Assembly: GCA_007376285.1 (NCBI GenBank)
Contig: VMFZ01000005.1
Coordinates: forward strand, 699 to 64,698
Reading direction: 5' to 3'
DNA length: 64,000 nucleotides
From: Parcubacteria group bacterium Gr01-1014_17
GTDB lineage: Bacteria > Patescibacteriota > Minisyncoccia > Phycocordibacterales > UBA10002
Positions 19,298-28,292 of this stretch are shown here, piece by piece. The translations under genes were made by a program, and so were the position numbers. How positions within the stretch are numbered: the stretch's first letter is position 1; every line of letters starts with the position of its first letter. Under the pieces are notes generated by a model. That model searched no databases and was not told the origin of the DNA. It saw only the letters and a list, made by a program, of their open reading frames with translations.

Positions 19298-19306
19298 TTT
19301 AGCGGT

Positions 19307-20560
19307 ATGAAAAATAGGATATGCAGAGTATGCAAAAGCACTGCTGTCAAGCCGTTTCTTGACTTGGGAAATCAGCCACACGGCGACAGTTTTATCGCAA
19401 CGAAGGATTTGAATGAGCACGAGCCACACTATCCTCTCCGCGCATGTTTTTGTTTGGATTGCACTACTGCGCAGATTGATTATACAGTTCCGAAAGAAGT
19501 AATGTTTGAGTATTATCCGTATGTATCAGGTACTACACGAATGCTCAAGGAGCATTTTGAAAAAAGCACTGAGCGGCTTATTAAGAAACTAAAATTAAAA
19601 AAAGGGGACTTCGTCGTAGATATAGGCTCAAACGACGGCACATGGCTTGAGTGTTATAAAAATACCGGCATCCGCTTTTTGGGGATTGACGGTGCGAAAA
19701 ATCTTGCAAAGATTGCAAACGCTAAAGGATTGGAAACATGGCCTAAGTTTTTTAACAAAAAAATCGCGCAAGAAGTAATTGCAAAAAAAGGAGGCGCAAA
19801 TCTCGTAACCGCAGCTGGCGTTTTCTTTCATCTGGAAGAACTACATTCCGTAACGGAAGGAATTGCAGAGCTTATCGGAGGCACGGGAGTACTCTGCGTT
19901 CAGGCGATTTATTTGGGAGAAATGGTGAATATCGGCGCGTTTGACCAGATTTACCATGAGCATCTAACTTATTGGACATTGCGTTCAATTGAACATTTGC
20001 TTGGGTATTATGGACTGGAGGTATTTTCGGTGGAGTTTTTCCCGATCCACGGCGGCACGATTGAATATCTGATTGCGAAGAATGGCGTGCGCAAAATTGA
20101 ACCGTCTGTTGCGGCAATGAGGAGCAAGGAAAAGAAACTCCGACTCGGAGATATTAAGACCTTTGAAAAGTTCGGTGCGCGCGTATGGGAGATGAAAAAA
20201 GAACTTATACCGATTCTTCGGAAATATAAAAAAAAAGAAAAGCGGATATTCGCACTTGGCGCGCCGATTAAGGGTTCTACGCTCCTAAATTCGTTCGGCA
20301 TCGGCACTGAACTGGTGGAATGCGCTGTGGAAGTAAACCCGCTTAAAATAGGGAAGTATATTCCTGGCGTTCGCATTCCTATTAAAGATGAGCGGACAGC
20401 CGGCGAACCGGACGCGTACCTAGTTTTACCGTGGAATTTCCTACCAGAACTTCTACGAAAAATGGAGTCGTATATAAAGGGCGGCGGCGCATTTATCGTA
20501 CCCGTGCCGAAACCAATGGTGATTGATAAAAATAATTATCACAAATTTACAAAGAAATGA
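19307..20560 (+). CDS. NDP-sugar C-methyltransferase family (TylCIII/TcaB9-like: zinc-ribbon, MT core and C-terminal domain)
   Basis: 417 aa. N-terminal CRVC...CLDC four-cysteine motif, a central SAM-MT region (VVDIGSNDG) and a C-terminal domain. The architecture matches C3/C5 sugar methylases. Confidence 0.5.
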   Translation: MKNRICRVCKSTAVKPFLDLGNQPHGDSFIATKDLNEHEPHYPLRACFCLDCTTAQIDYTVPKEVMFEYYPYVSGTTRMLKEHFEKSTERLIKKLKLKKGDFVVDIGSNDGTWLECYKNTGIRFLGIDGAKNLAKIANAKGLETWPKFFNKKIAQEVIAKKGGANLVTAAGVFFHLEELHSVTEGIAELIGGTGVLCVQAIYLGEMVNIGAFDQIYHEHLTYWTLRSIEHLLGYYGLEVFSVEFFPIHGGTIEYLIAKNGVRKIEPSVAAMRSKEKKLRLGDIKTFEKFGARVWEMKKELIPILRKYKKKEKRIFALGAPIKGSTLLNSFGIGTELVECAVEVNPLKIGKYIPGVRIPIKDERTAGEPDAYLVLPWNFLPELLRKMESYIKGGGAFIVPVPKPMVIDKNNYHKFTKK

Positions 20561-21459
20561 ATATATTCGTAACAGGCGGAACTGGATTTTTGGGTAGACA
20601 TTTGGTGCCCCACTTACAAGAAAAGGGGCACAGAGTGGTTGTCATTAATTCCAAGAATTGCGATTTGCGTGAGAAGCAGAACCTACTGCAGTTTAATGAT
20701 CAAACATTTGACAGAATTTACCATCTTGCGGCGTGGACTAAGGCGGGGGATTTCTGCCTGTACCACCAAGGAGAACAGTGGGTCATCAACCAGCAAATCA
20801 ATACGAACATTCTTTGGTTTTGGAAAGAGTTTCAGGAAAAGGCGCTTATGGTAACGATGGGCACAAGTTGCGCCTACCCGCTTGGAGATGCCGCGCTCAA
20901 GGAAGAAAATTATATGGCGGACGAGCCGGACCCGCATCTTGCCACCTACGCTTATACCAAGCGTATGCTCTACGCCGGGCTGCTGGCTTTTCAGATGCAG
21001 TTCGGAATGAAATTTCAGCACCTCATTCCGTCTACGCTTTACGGACCGAAGTTTGAAGCCGGTGATAACCACTTTATCTTTGACTTGATAAAGAAAATCC
21101 ACGCCGGAAAAACGCGCGAAGAAGAAGTGGTACTCTGGGGCACGGGCGAGCAGGTGCGCGAGCTGATGTTCGTTGACGACGCTGTACGACTCATTGAGTT
21201 TGCGGCAGAGCTTCCACAAAGCGAGTTGTTGAACCTCGGAAGCGGCGCGGGCTACAACATTCGACAGTATGCCGAGATGCTCTGCGAGATTATGGGTTAC
21301 GACCCGAAAAAGATTCGGTACGACACCACGAAGTACAGTGGAAACCCAAAACGGTTTTTTGATACAACCAAGATTAAGAAACTCTTTCCCGACTTTGAAT
21401 ATACCGATATACGCGAAGGGTTGCGCAAAACAGTTGCGTATTACGAATCCATAGTGTAG
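20557..21459 (+). CDS. GDP-L-fucose synthase-like (GDP-4-keto-6-deoxy-sugar 3,5-epimerase/4-reductase family SDR)
   Basis: MNIFVTGGTGFLGRHL...YAYTKRMLYAG...LNLGSG pattern resembles Fcl/WcaG. Confidence 0.5.
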   Translation: MNIFVTGGTGFLGRHLVPHLQEKGHRVVVINSKNCDLREKQNLLQFNDQTFDRIYHLAAWTKAGDFCLYHQGEQWVINQQINTNILWFWKEFQEKALMVTMGTSCAYPLGDAALKEENYMADEPDPHLATYAYTKRMLYAGLLAFQMQFGMKFQHLIPSTLYGPKFEAGDNHFIFDLIKKIHAGKTREEEVVLWGTGEQVRELMFVDDAVRLIEFAAELPQSELLNLGSGAGYNIRQYAEMLCEIMGYDPKKIRYDTTKYSGNPKRFFDTTKIKKLFPDFEYTDIREGLRKTVAYYESIV

Positions 21460-21468
21460 GTTTCTATT

Positions 21469-21939
21469 ATGAAGCAGAAGAAATCAACAATGAAAATGCG
21501 GGTTTTCAACCCCGTATGCAATCTCAATACAATTAAAGACGGCCGGGGCGGGGTATTTTCGTTTGTCCCGCCTGCGCCGATTGCCGAATGGACTCATCAG
21601 TTTATCAAGGCGGGAAAGATACGCGGCAACCATTACCACCCGGAGTTTGACGAATATGTACTTCTTGTTGATGGCGCTGGTGTGGAAGTGGAGAAAGACC
21701 ACAAAACAAAGCAGGAACATTTTGTATATATGAGCAAAGGCACTTGCATTTTCATTCCGCGCAACACGCGCCATGTGTTTATGGCGATGACGGATTGCGA
21801 GTCGGTGTCTTTTCTCACGAAACCGTGGGACAAGTGCAAGCGCCCGATTGTACATGAAAACTTAGGACTCGGCATAGGCGACCACGGCGACCCAAAAAGC
21901 GAGTACTATAAAGCAAGGAATCAGAAAATTACATCATAA
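21469..21939 (+). CDS. Cupin-domain protein (sugar keto-isomerase/epimerase-like, WxcM/FdtA-like)
   Basis: Small cupin fold with HYHPEFDEYVLLVDG...IFIPRNTRH. Sits among NDP-sugar modifying genes. Confidence 0.4.
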   Translation: MKQKKSTMKMRVFNPVCNLNTIKDGRGGVFSFVPPAPIAEWTHQFIKAGKIRGNHYHPEFDEYVLLVDGAGVEVEKDHKTKQEHFVYMSKGTCIFIPRNTRHVFMAMTDCESVSFLTKPWDKCKRPIVHENLGLGIGDHGDPKSEYYKARNQKITS

Positions 21940-22901
21940 TGCCTGTTCGTTTTGGAATCATCGGGTGTTCGCGGGTGGCGCAGCGGCGATTTTTGCCCGC
22001 CCTCGCCGCTTCGGAACGCGCGGCGCTTTCTTTTGTCGGCAGTCGAGATGCGGAGAAGGCAAAAAAATATGCAAATGAATTTCACGCTGCGCATTTTGGA
22101 AATTACGAAGATGTTCTCGCGAGCAAGAATGTTGATGCTGTGTACATTTCAACTCCGCCAACTTTGCATTACGAGTGGATTGTGAAATCCGCGCGCGCTG
22201 GTAAGCATATTATCTGCGAGAAGCCCGCGTGTATGGACTATGAATCGGCGCACCGAGCAGTTCAAATATGCAGAGAAGCGGGCGTGCGCCTTATGGAAAA
22301 TTACGCCTTTTTATACCACCCACAACACGCCGCCGCGCGCGATATTATGTCAGAAATCGGAAGCATAAAACGAATAAGCGCGCGCTATCTTTATCCGTTT
22401 CCGCATGGAGGAGATATCCGATTTAATCCTGCATTGGGCGGCGGCGTGTTCCACGATTCGTTTGGATATCCGCTAGCGCTCGCACGATTTTACTTCGGAC
22501 AATTTCCGGAATCAATATCATGCGTGCAAACAATGGACGCGCATCGCGGTATTGATACTGCAGCGGAAATTGTTTTACATTTCTCACGAAATCGCGCGCT
22601 TGATGGAAAGGTGCAAATGGGAAGTGCCGAATACGCATCGTCGTATACTTTACAAGGAGATAGCGGAAGTGTGGAAATAGTGCGTGCATTTGCCGTTGAT
22701 GCCGATAAACCCGCGGAAATCTTGCGTACAATCAATGGCGAGATTGAAAAGATTCAGATACCACCAGCAAGCCAGTTTCAGCTCGCGCTTGACGATTTCT
22801 GCGATGTTGTAAGAGGGAAAACACAAAAGGATTTTGATGGGGAACTTATTGCACGCGCAAAAATTAAAGATGCCGCAGAGCAGTGTCTTATGAGAAAATA
22901 A
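21939..22901 (+). CDS. Gfo/Idh/MocA-family NAD(P)-dependent oxidoreductase
   Basis: VRFGIIGCSRVAQRRFLPAL...EKP motif region and a C-terminal alpha/beta domain. Confidence 0.65.
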   Translation: MPVRFGIIGCSRVAQRRFLPALAASERAALSFVGSRDAEKAKKYANEFHAAHFGNYEDVLASKNVDAVYISTPPTLHYEWIVKSARAGKHIICEKPACMDYESAHRAVQICREAGVRLMENYAFLYHPQHAAARDIMSEIGSIKRISARYLYPFPHGGDIRFNPALGGGVFHDSFGYPLALARFYFGQFPESISCVQTMDAHRGIDTAAEIVLHFSRNRALDGKVQMGSAEYASSYTLQGDSGSVEIVRAFAVDADKPAEILRTINGEIEKIQIPPASQFQLALDDFCDVVRGKTQKDFDGELIARAKIKDAAEQCLMRK

Positions 22902-23868
22902 TTTGCGAGCCGGGTGCATTTATTTTTACCGGCAGAATATCTTTTTTAGGAAAGGTCTTTGTAAGTTTCGCGCGCGCGTACGGCGGAGCGAAAAAAAGAA
23001 CATATCCTCCTCCGCCCGCGCCAAGTAGCTTACCACCCCATGCACCAGCCTCTAATCCTTTTTGATATAGACTATCTATGGTCGGATTGGACACTCCTCC
23101 GTCAAGCGTGCGTTTTATTTTCCACGCATCGTGGAGCTGTTCTCCAAATAGTTGGAGCGGCTTATTTTTTGTCAGAATGTCATATCCTCTGTACGCCATT
23201 TCTTTGAGGGTGCGTAGCGCATCGGTATTTTGGTCTATGCGTTTTATTTGGTGTGCGGTTACAGCAGATGCTCTTCGCATAATGCCAGTATAGACGAGAA
23301 AAAGATGACTCTCAAAATCAGCAAGCCGTTTGTGAGAGATGGATACGGGGCGCACTAGGAAATCTTTTTCTGTTTTGAATTCAATCAAATTGAAACCTCC
23401 ATACGCCGCGGTAACTTGATCCTGACAACCAACTTTATCCTTTACTTTGTGTTTTTCAATAAAGATTGCCTCGCGTGCCAGTTTTTCCGCCGTTACTATT
23501 TTTTTATTAAAACAGTGTAGAGCATGAAGTACCGATACAGTTAGCGAGGAAGATGAGCCGAGCCCACTGAATGCGTGAGTATCAAAAATACTATGTAGCG
23601 CGACATCTTTTGCAACCCCCGTGTGTTTAAGGCACTCTCTAAACACATTATGTTGTATATGATGCACTGTTTTTGCCAATTCCACACTGCTGTATGAAAG
23701 GCGGATTGCATAATCAAACATATGGCTCAAAAATCGGTTTGCGGTAACATACGCATATTTATCAATCGCCGTTGCCAACACAGCGCCCCCTTCCTTAAGA
23801 AAGTATTCGGGATGGTCGGTACCTCCGCCGAAAAAACTTATGCGGAGTGGAGTGCGCGCAATAATCAT
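22888..23868 (-). CDS. hddA: GHMP kinase, D-glycero-alpha-D-manno-heptose 7-phosphate kinase (HddA)-like
   Basis: MIIARTPLRISFFGGGTDHPEYF N-terminus is the HddA hallmark. GHMP motif SGLGSSSS. Sits in an operon with an HddC-like nucleotidyltransferase. Confidence 0.65.
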   Translation of the reverse strand: MIIARTPLRISFFGGGTDHPEYFLKEGGAVLATAIDKYAYVTANRFLSHMFDYAIRLSYSSVELAKTVHHIQHNVFRECLKHTGVAKDVALHSIFDTHAFSGLGSSSSLTVSVLHALHCFNKKIVTAEKLAREAIFIEKHKVKDKVGCQDQVTAAYGGFNLIEFKTEKDFLVRPVSISHKRLADFESHLFLVYTGIMRRASAVTAHQIKRIDQNTDALRTLKEMAYRGYDILTKNKPLQLFGEQLHDAWKIKRTLDGGVSNPTIDSLYQKGLEAGAWGGKLLGAGGGGYVLFFAPPYARAKLTKTFPKKDILPVKINAPGSQIIFS

Positions 23869-23875
23869 GATTCGA

Positions 23876-24595
23876 TTACATTACCACAGGGTACATCTTA
23901 CGCGCTATTCTGTAACGTTCGGGTACCCCGATGTCAATAAGAATCTCGTCTGTTCTGAAACCATAACAATGTCGACGGAAAAGGGTGGGGAAGAATTCAT
24001 CTTCAAGTGAAAACGCGCTTTTATCCGGAAATAGTTTCGCGATTTTGCGGTTGACGATGTAGATTCCGGCATTCAAATGAAATGTTCCGTTGGCATCTGC
24101 GTCGGTTTTTTTTCTCCAGCCAGTAACACGCTGCGTCTCATCCATCTCCACTATGTTTCCACTGTCCCCTCTGTACGATTTGGTAAGCGCCATCGATAAG
24201 ATTCCTTCTTTTTCATTGTGGAAAGCACATAGTGCGTTAAAGTCAGGACTGAAGACCATATCTCCATTCATAATGAAAAATCGCTCTGCGCCGTTCGTAA
24301 AATGGAGCGCCCGTTTAACAGCGCCGCCAGTGCCAAGCGGTTCATCTTCTTCGGAAAATACGACGCGGTAGCCGCGCTCTTCACAATGTGCTTTCACCTG
24401 TTCTTTGAGATATCCGACGCTTAAAATGATTTTCTCAAAACCCGCTTTCGTAAGCATTGTCATAATCATATCCAAAAGCGTTTTATCGCCCATCGAGGCG
24501 AGTATTTTTGGCAGGTCAACAAAAACACTGCGCAAACGCGTACCAAGACCGCCGCACAAAACAATGATAGGTATATTTCGCAGTTCGTTAGACAT
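23876..24595 (-). CDS. hddC: D-glycero-alpha-D-manno-heptose 1-phosphate guanylyltransferase (HddC)-like nucleotidyltransferase
   Basis: IPIIVLCGGLGTRLRSV...LPKILASMGDKTLLD...LGTGGAV NTP-transferase motifs. Adjacent to the HddA-like kinase. Confidence 0.55.
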   Translation of the reverse strand: MSNELRNIPIIVLCGGLGTRLRSVFVDLPKILASMGDKTLLDMIMTMLTKAGFEKIILSVGYLKEQVKAHCEERGYRVVFSEEDEPLGTGGAVKRALHFTNGAERFFIMNGDMVFSPDFNALCAFHNEKEGILSMALTKSYRGDSGNIVEMDETQRVTGWRKKTDADANGTFHLNAGIYIVNRKIAKLFPDKSAFSLEDEFFPTLFRRHCYGFRTDEILIDIGVPERYRIARKMYPVVM

Positions 24596-25526
24596 TTGAA
24601 TACTGGTTGTTTTTGAGAATCGTAAAACCTTTGATGAGTTCCTCTATACCACGGTCCAGATTCCATTCTGTGTTGAATCCGGCGGCGGCAATGCGCGCAT
24701 TGGAGACGATATAATCGCGCTTATCTGGGTCTTCGCCAATTGGAGCTTCAATATAGGTAAACTTTGGCAGATGTTTTTTAATAATCGCACACAACTCAAG
24801 TTTTGAGAGGTTGGCGTCATCAAGCCCCACATTGTAGGGCCTGCCTCTCATTTTTTGAAAGTTTTCTATGCCGTGGATAAATACTCGCACGACATCCTGG
24901 ATATGTATGTAGTTTCGCTTGAAGTGCCATTCAAAAATAAGCATTGCGCGATCATTCACGGCGCGGTACACGAAATCGTTGACCAGCAAATCCAATCGCA
25001 TTCTTGGCGACATTCCAAATACGGTCGCAAGGCGGAAGCTTAACCCATTTTCGCGCGCCAACGCCACTTTCTCGGCCTTTACTTTGGTGACACCGTAGAA
25101 AGAGATTGGGCGGAGTGGCGACTTTTCAGTACAGAACTTATTTTTTTCGCCAATGCCATATCCGCTGTTGGTAATGGGGATGAGCATGCGCTGGCTCTTG
25201 CTCATAAGTTTTCCGAGCAGGGCGACTGCCCCAAAGTTGGTTGTTTCCGCCGCGATTTTGTTTTGCTCGCAAAGCGGCGCTCCCACGAGCGCCGCGAGCG
25301 GAATAATAATGTCGGCTTTTTCTACGAGTGGCTTGATTGTATTTTTGTCGCGGCAGTCACCACGCACAATGTTGAATGTTTTATACTGGCAACAATCGGT
25401 CAAACTGTTCTGGCGGTACATAAAGTTGTCCAACACGGTAACCACATAACCACTTTCAAGAAGCGCCGGGGTCAATACCGAGCCGATGTACCCCGCGCCG
25501 CCGGTGATGAGTATTTTTTGGATCAT
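24588..25526 (-). CDS. NAD-dependent epimerase/dehydratase (extended SDR; candidate NDP-heptose modifying enzyme)
   Basis: KILITGGAGYIGS and YGVTKVKAEK. First gene of the minus-strand hddA/hddC operon. Confidence 0.6.
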   Translation of the reverse strand: MIQKILITGGAGYIGSVLTPALLESGYVVTVLDNFMYRQNSLTDCCQYKTFNIVRGDCRDKNTIKPLVEKADIIIPLAALVGAPLCEQNKIAAETTNFGAVALLGKLMSKSQRMLIPITNSGYGIGEKNKFCTEKSPLRPISFYGVTKVKAEKVALARENGLSFRLATVFGMSPRMRLDLLVNDFVYRAVNDRAMLIFEWHFKRNYIHIQDVVRVFIHGIENFQKMRGRPYNVGLDDANLSKLELCAIIKKHLPKFTYIEAPIGEDPDKRDYIVSNARIAAAGFNTEWNLDRGIEELIKGFTILKNNQYSNV

Positions 25527-25632
25527 ACGTCTCTAGAAAGGCACACTATATCTCTTGTCTGCGATTTTTGCAATTTCCCAGCATATTTTTTGTGTTTCCA
25601 ATGTGGGGGTGATAGGATGAAAAAACACTCCT
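25527..25632. promoter_or_regulatory. Divergent intergenic region (epimerase operon on -, E1 alpha/beta operon on +)
   Basis: ~105 bp spacer between divergent starts. No motif verified. Confidence 0.25.
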
Positions 25633-26559
25633 ATGAACATGGACAAAAGAAGCATCGCGCGCGAGGTTATTCGATTGCGCGTACAGCAAATGGTAGTCAA
25701 TGAATGGTATAAAGCAGGAAGATTTAAAATCCCCATTCACCTTGGCTTCGGTCATGAGGCGCTCGCGGTTGCGGTAAGTGCCGTGATGGGGCGCGGCGAC
25801 TGGTTGTTTTTGACACACAGAAATATCGCCTATAATCTTGGTCGGGAAAAATCTCTCAAACCATTTCTTGATGAATATTCGCTTAAACCGACCGGTGTTG
25901 CTGGCGGGCGATTCGGCTCCATGAATTTGATACATCCTTCGCGCGGCATTCTGTATACATCAAGCATTTTAGCAAATCAGTTTCCAGTGGCGGTTGGGTC
26001 CGCGTTTGGCTTCACGGTTTCCGATGCAAACGGTATTGCTATTGTGTGCGGTGGCGATGGAGCAATTGAAGAAGGCGCATTTTACGAAAGCGTACTTATG
26101 GCAGCAAGCATCAAAGCTCCCATACTTTTTTTAATTGAAAATAACGAGTGGTCAATGCATACCTCCATTCGCGAACGCCGTGTGGATATTGACCTTAAAA
26201 AACTAGCGAGTTCGCTAGGAGTGCTGTATGTGTCCTTGAAAGGTAATAATGTGTTCGCCTATATTCAGGCGCTTGCCCGCGCTCGAAAACAAATTCTTAC
26301 ATCGCGCGCGCCGCTCTGTATTGAGGTAAAGGTAAATACACTGGGCGATTGGTATGATATGAAAAATCCGCTCTATCCTCAAGGTAAATTTGTCAAATAT
26401 CATACAGGAGCTTCGCCAAGCGTTATGCTCTCAGAAGAAGTGGTGCTCCAAAAAAATGCTGACGATCCGCTTTTTGTTTTAGGAAAACTTATTTCAGAGG
26501 CATCAGTAAAAAAAATGGCCGTTCAAGAATTGGCACACATAAGAAAAGAAATGATATGA
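25633..26559 (+). CDS. Thiamine-diphosphate-dependent E1 component, alpha subunit (pyruvate/acetoin dehydrogenase-like)
   Basis: GGRFGSMNL and GDGAIEEGAFYESVLMAASIKAPILFLIENNEWSMHTS match the E1 alpha TPP motif (GDG...NN), not transketolase. Confidence 0.7.
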   Translation: MNMDKRSIAREVIRLRVQQMVVNEWYKAGRFKIPIHLGFGHEALAVAVSAVMGRGDWLFLTHRNIAYNLGREKSLKPFLDEYSLKPTGVAGGRFGSMNLIHPSRGILYTSSILANQFPVAVGSAFGFTVSDANGIAIVCGGDGAIEEGAFYESVLMAASIKAPILFLIENNEWSMHTSIRERRVDIDLKKLASSLGVLYVSLKGNNVFAYIQALARARKQILTSRAPLCIEVKVNTLGDWYDMKNPLYPQGKFVKYHTGASPSVMLSEEVVLQKNADDPLFVLGKLISEASVKKMAVQELAHIRKEMI

Positions 26560-27491
26560 CTTACCTTTCATTTTTAAATTGTATTTTAAGAAAAGAGATT
26601 GCCACTCATACGAATCTCGTCGTGTTCGGGCAAAATATTTCCGCCGGTTCATACCTTGGTGGGCTCACCGCCGGTCTTTCTGTACCGCCAGAATCACGCA
26701 TTATCAATACCATTAATGCAGAGAATTCTCTCGTTGGTTTCGGTTTCGGGTTGGCGCTTTCAGGCACCAATGCAATATTTTTTATGCGGCAGATTGATTT
26801 TTTACTTCTCACAACTGACCAACTAGTAAATACCTACAATATCATCCGCAATAATCCCGCAGGACTTCCTGGCTCTTTCACCATTATGACTACTGTTATT
26901 GACCAAGGGTATGAAGGTCCGCAGTCAAGCTCCAACAATTTGGGGGACTTTTGTTCGCTTGCCCGCATTGACGCGTTTACCGTCACGAACAAAAGAGATA
27001 TTGAAGCGATTATTCCCGCACAACTGGTGTCGCCTGGTTTTCGAATTATCGCGGCGAGTCCGCGGTTGTACAAAACCGACCTGCTTGAACCGCCACTTGC
27101 CTATCGTTCTCCAACCGGCAACCTTTTTCAGTATCAGGAAGGGAATGATACGACGATTATCTGTTTTAATTTATCTTTTCCATATGGGTACGCACTTGCT
27201 CAAGCGATGCAGACAAAAGGGCTCCACCCGTCGCTTTTCAGCGTAAATATTCCCGTGCCGATTAAGTGGAATGTTATTTTAGAAAGTGTGAAAAAAACAA
27301 AAAAGCTCGTTATATTTGACGACAGTAAAAGTATGAATTGTTCGTATTACGCGCTTTTGGCGGAGGCGCGACTCCGTTTCAATTTGCAAAAAGAAATTAT
27401 CATTACCCGGCATTTAGGGAGTGATTGGCTTACGCCGAATTCGGACCAACTTGAAATTGATTACCAAAAGGTTATTAAAGATATCGTATGA
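26556..27491 (+). CDS. E1 component beta subunit (transketolase-like pyrimidine-binding and C-terminal domains)
   Basis: VVFGQNI...GFGFGLALSG pattern of E1 beta. Translationally coupled to the alpha subunit (ATGA overlap). Confidence 0.6.
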   Translation: MTYLSFLNCILRKEIATHTNLVVFGQNISAGSYLGGLTAGLSVPPESRIINTINAENSLVGFGFGLALSGTNAIFFMRQIDFLLLTTDQLVNTYNIIRNNPAGLPGSFTIMTTVIDQGYEGPQSSSNNLGDFCSLARIDAFTVTNKRDIEAIIPAQLVSPGFRIIAASPRLYKTDLLEPPLAYRSPTGNLFQYQEGNDTTIICFNLSFPYGYALAQAMQTKGLHPSLFSVNIPVPIKWNVILESVKKTKKLVIFDDSKSMNCSYYALLAEARLRFNLQKEIIITRHLGSDWLTPNSDQLEIDYQKVIKDIV

Positions 27492-28252
27492 ATTTTGAAT
27501 ATAACGAGATAAAAGGAAAACGCGTGCTGGTTACAGGCGCGAGTTCAGGAATTGGAGCCGCGATTGCAAGACAATTCGGTGCACGCGGCGCGCGCGTTGG
27601 AATCCATTACGGTAAAAACCACATCGCGGCTCTTGCTGTGCTTCGTATGATTCGAAAATCCGGTGGCGAGGGTAAACTTTTTGGCGGAGATCTTCGTATA
27701 GAAAAAGTCGCACAAAATCTCATGAGAGATTTTGTGCGCGCATTTGGCGGCATTGATGTTTTGGTGAATAACGCAGGTGCGCTCTATACTTACCGTCATT
27801 TTAGCCAATTAGATGGAAAAATGTTTGATGATATGTTTGTGTTACATTCAAAAGCGCCGTTTTTGCTTATGCAAGCCGCTTTTGTTCCTATGCAAAAGCA
27901 ACGCTTTGGGCGAATCATCAACATAAGCACCAACGCCATTACATACGCCGGTTCGCACACGCTGAACTATTGTGCCTCAAAAGCCGCGCTTGAGGCGATA
28001 TCTGCCGGTTTTGCGCGCGAGGGGGCGAAGGATAACATATTGGTAAATGTAGTGCGCTGTGGATTGATTGATACGCCAATGCATCGTAAGACTCAGGAGT
28101 ACGGAGAAACACGCTTTCAAGAAAGAATAAAAATGATTCCGCTTGGCCATGCGGGCAGTCCCGATGACATTGCGCAAATGGTTCTCTTTTTGGCGTCAGC
28201 GTGCGGCGATTTTATTACCAACGAGATATTTACTATTGCCGGAGGAGAATGA
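27488..28252 (+). CDS. Short-chain dehydrogenase/reductase (SDR)
   Basis: VLVTGASSGIGAAIA...NNAG...YCASKAALE classical SDR motifs. Confidence 0.75.
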   Translation: MNFEYNEIKGKRVLVTGASSGIGAAIARQFGARGARVGIHYGKNHIAALAVLRMIRKSGGEGKLFGGDLRIEKVAQNLMRDFVRAFGGIDVLVNNAGALYTYRHFSQLDGKMFDDMFVLHSKAPFLLMQAAFVPMQKQRFGRIINISTNAITYAGSHTLNYCASKAALEAISAGFAREGAKDNILVNVVRCGLIDTPMHRKTQEYGETRFQERIKMIPLGHAGSPDDIAQMVLFLASACGDFITNEIFTIAGGE

Positions 28253-28254
28253 AC

Positions 28255-28292
28255 AACCCCCACACTTGTCCGACAAGTGTGGGGGTATTGTG
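28255..28292. terminator. Bidirectional terminator hairpin (15 bp perfect stem ACCCCCACACTTGTC / GACAAGTGTGGGGGT)
   Basis: Perfect inverted repeat between convergent gene ends (SDR + strand, radical SAM - strand), followed by a T-rich run on the + strand. Confidence 0.6.

Noticed and set aside
20683-21219. 178 aa minus-strand ORF
   Set aside because: It is antisense to the Fcl-like SDR gene and has no motifs.
25633-27491. Interpreting the two TPP genes as a split transketolase, completing a pentose-phosphate set with RpiB, AraD-like and transaldolase
   Set aside because: The alpha-like protein carries the E1-alpha GDG...NNxxxxxT(S) and GGxxGSMxx pattern, not the transketolase GDGxxMEG/His motifs. 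The beta-like protein resembles E1 beta.
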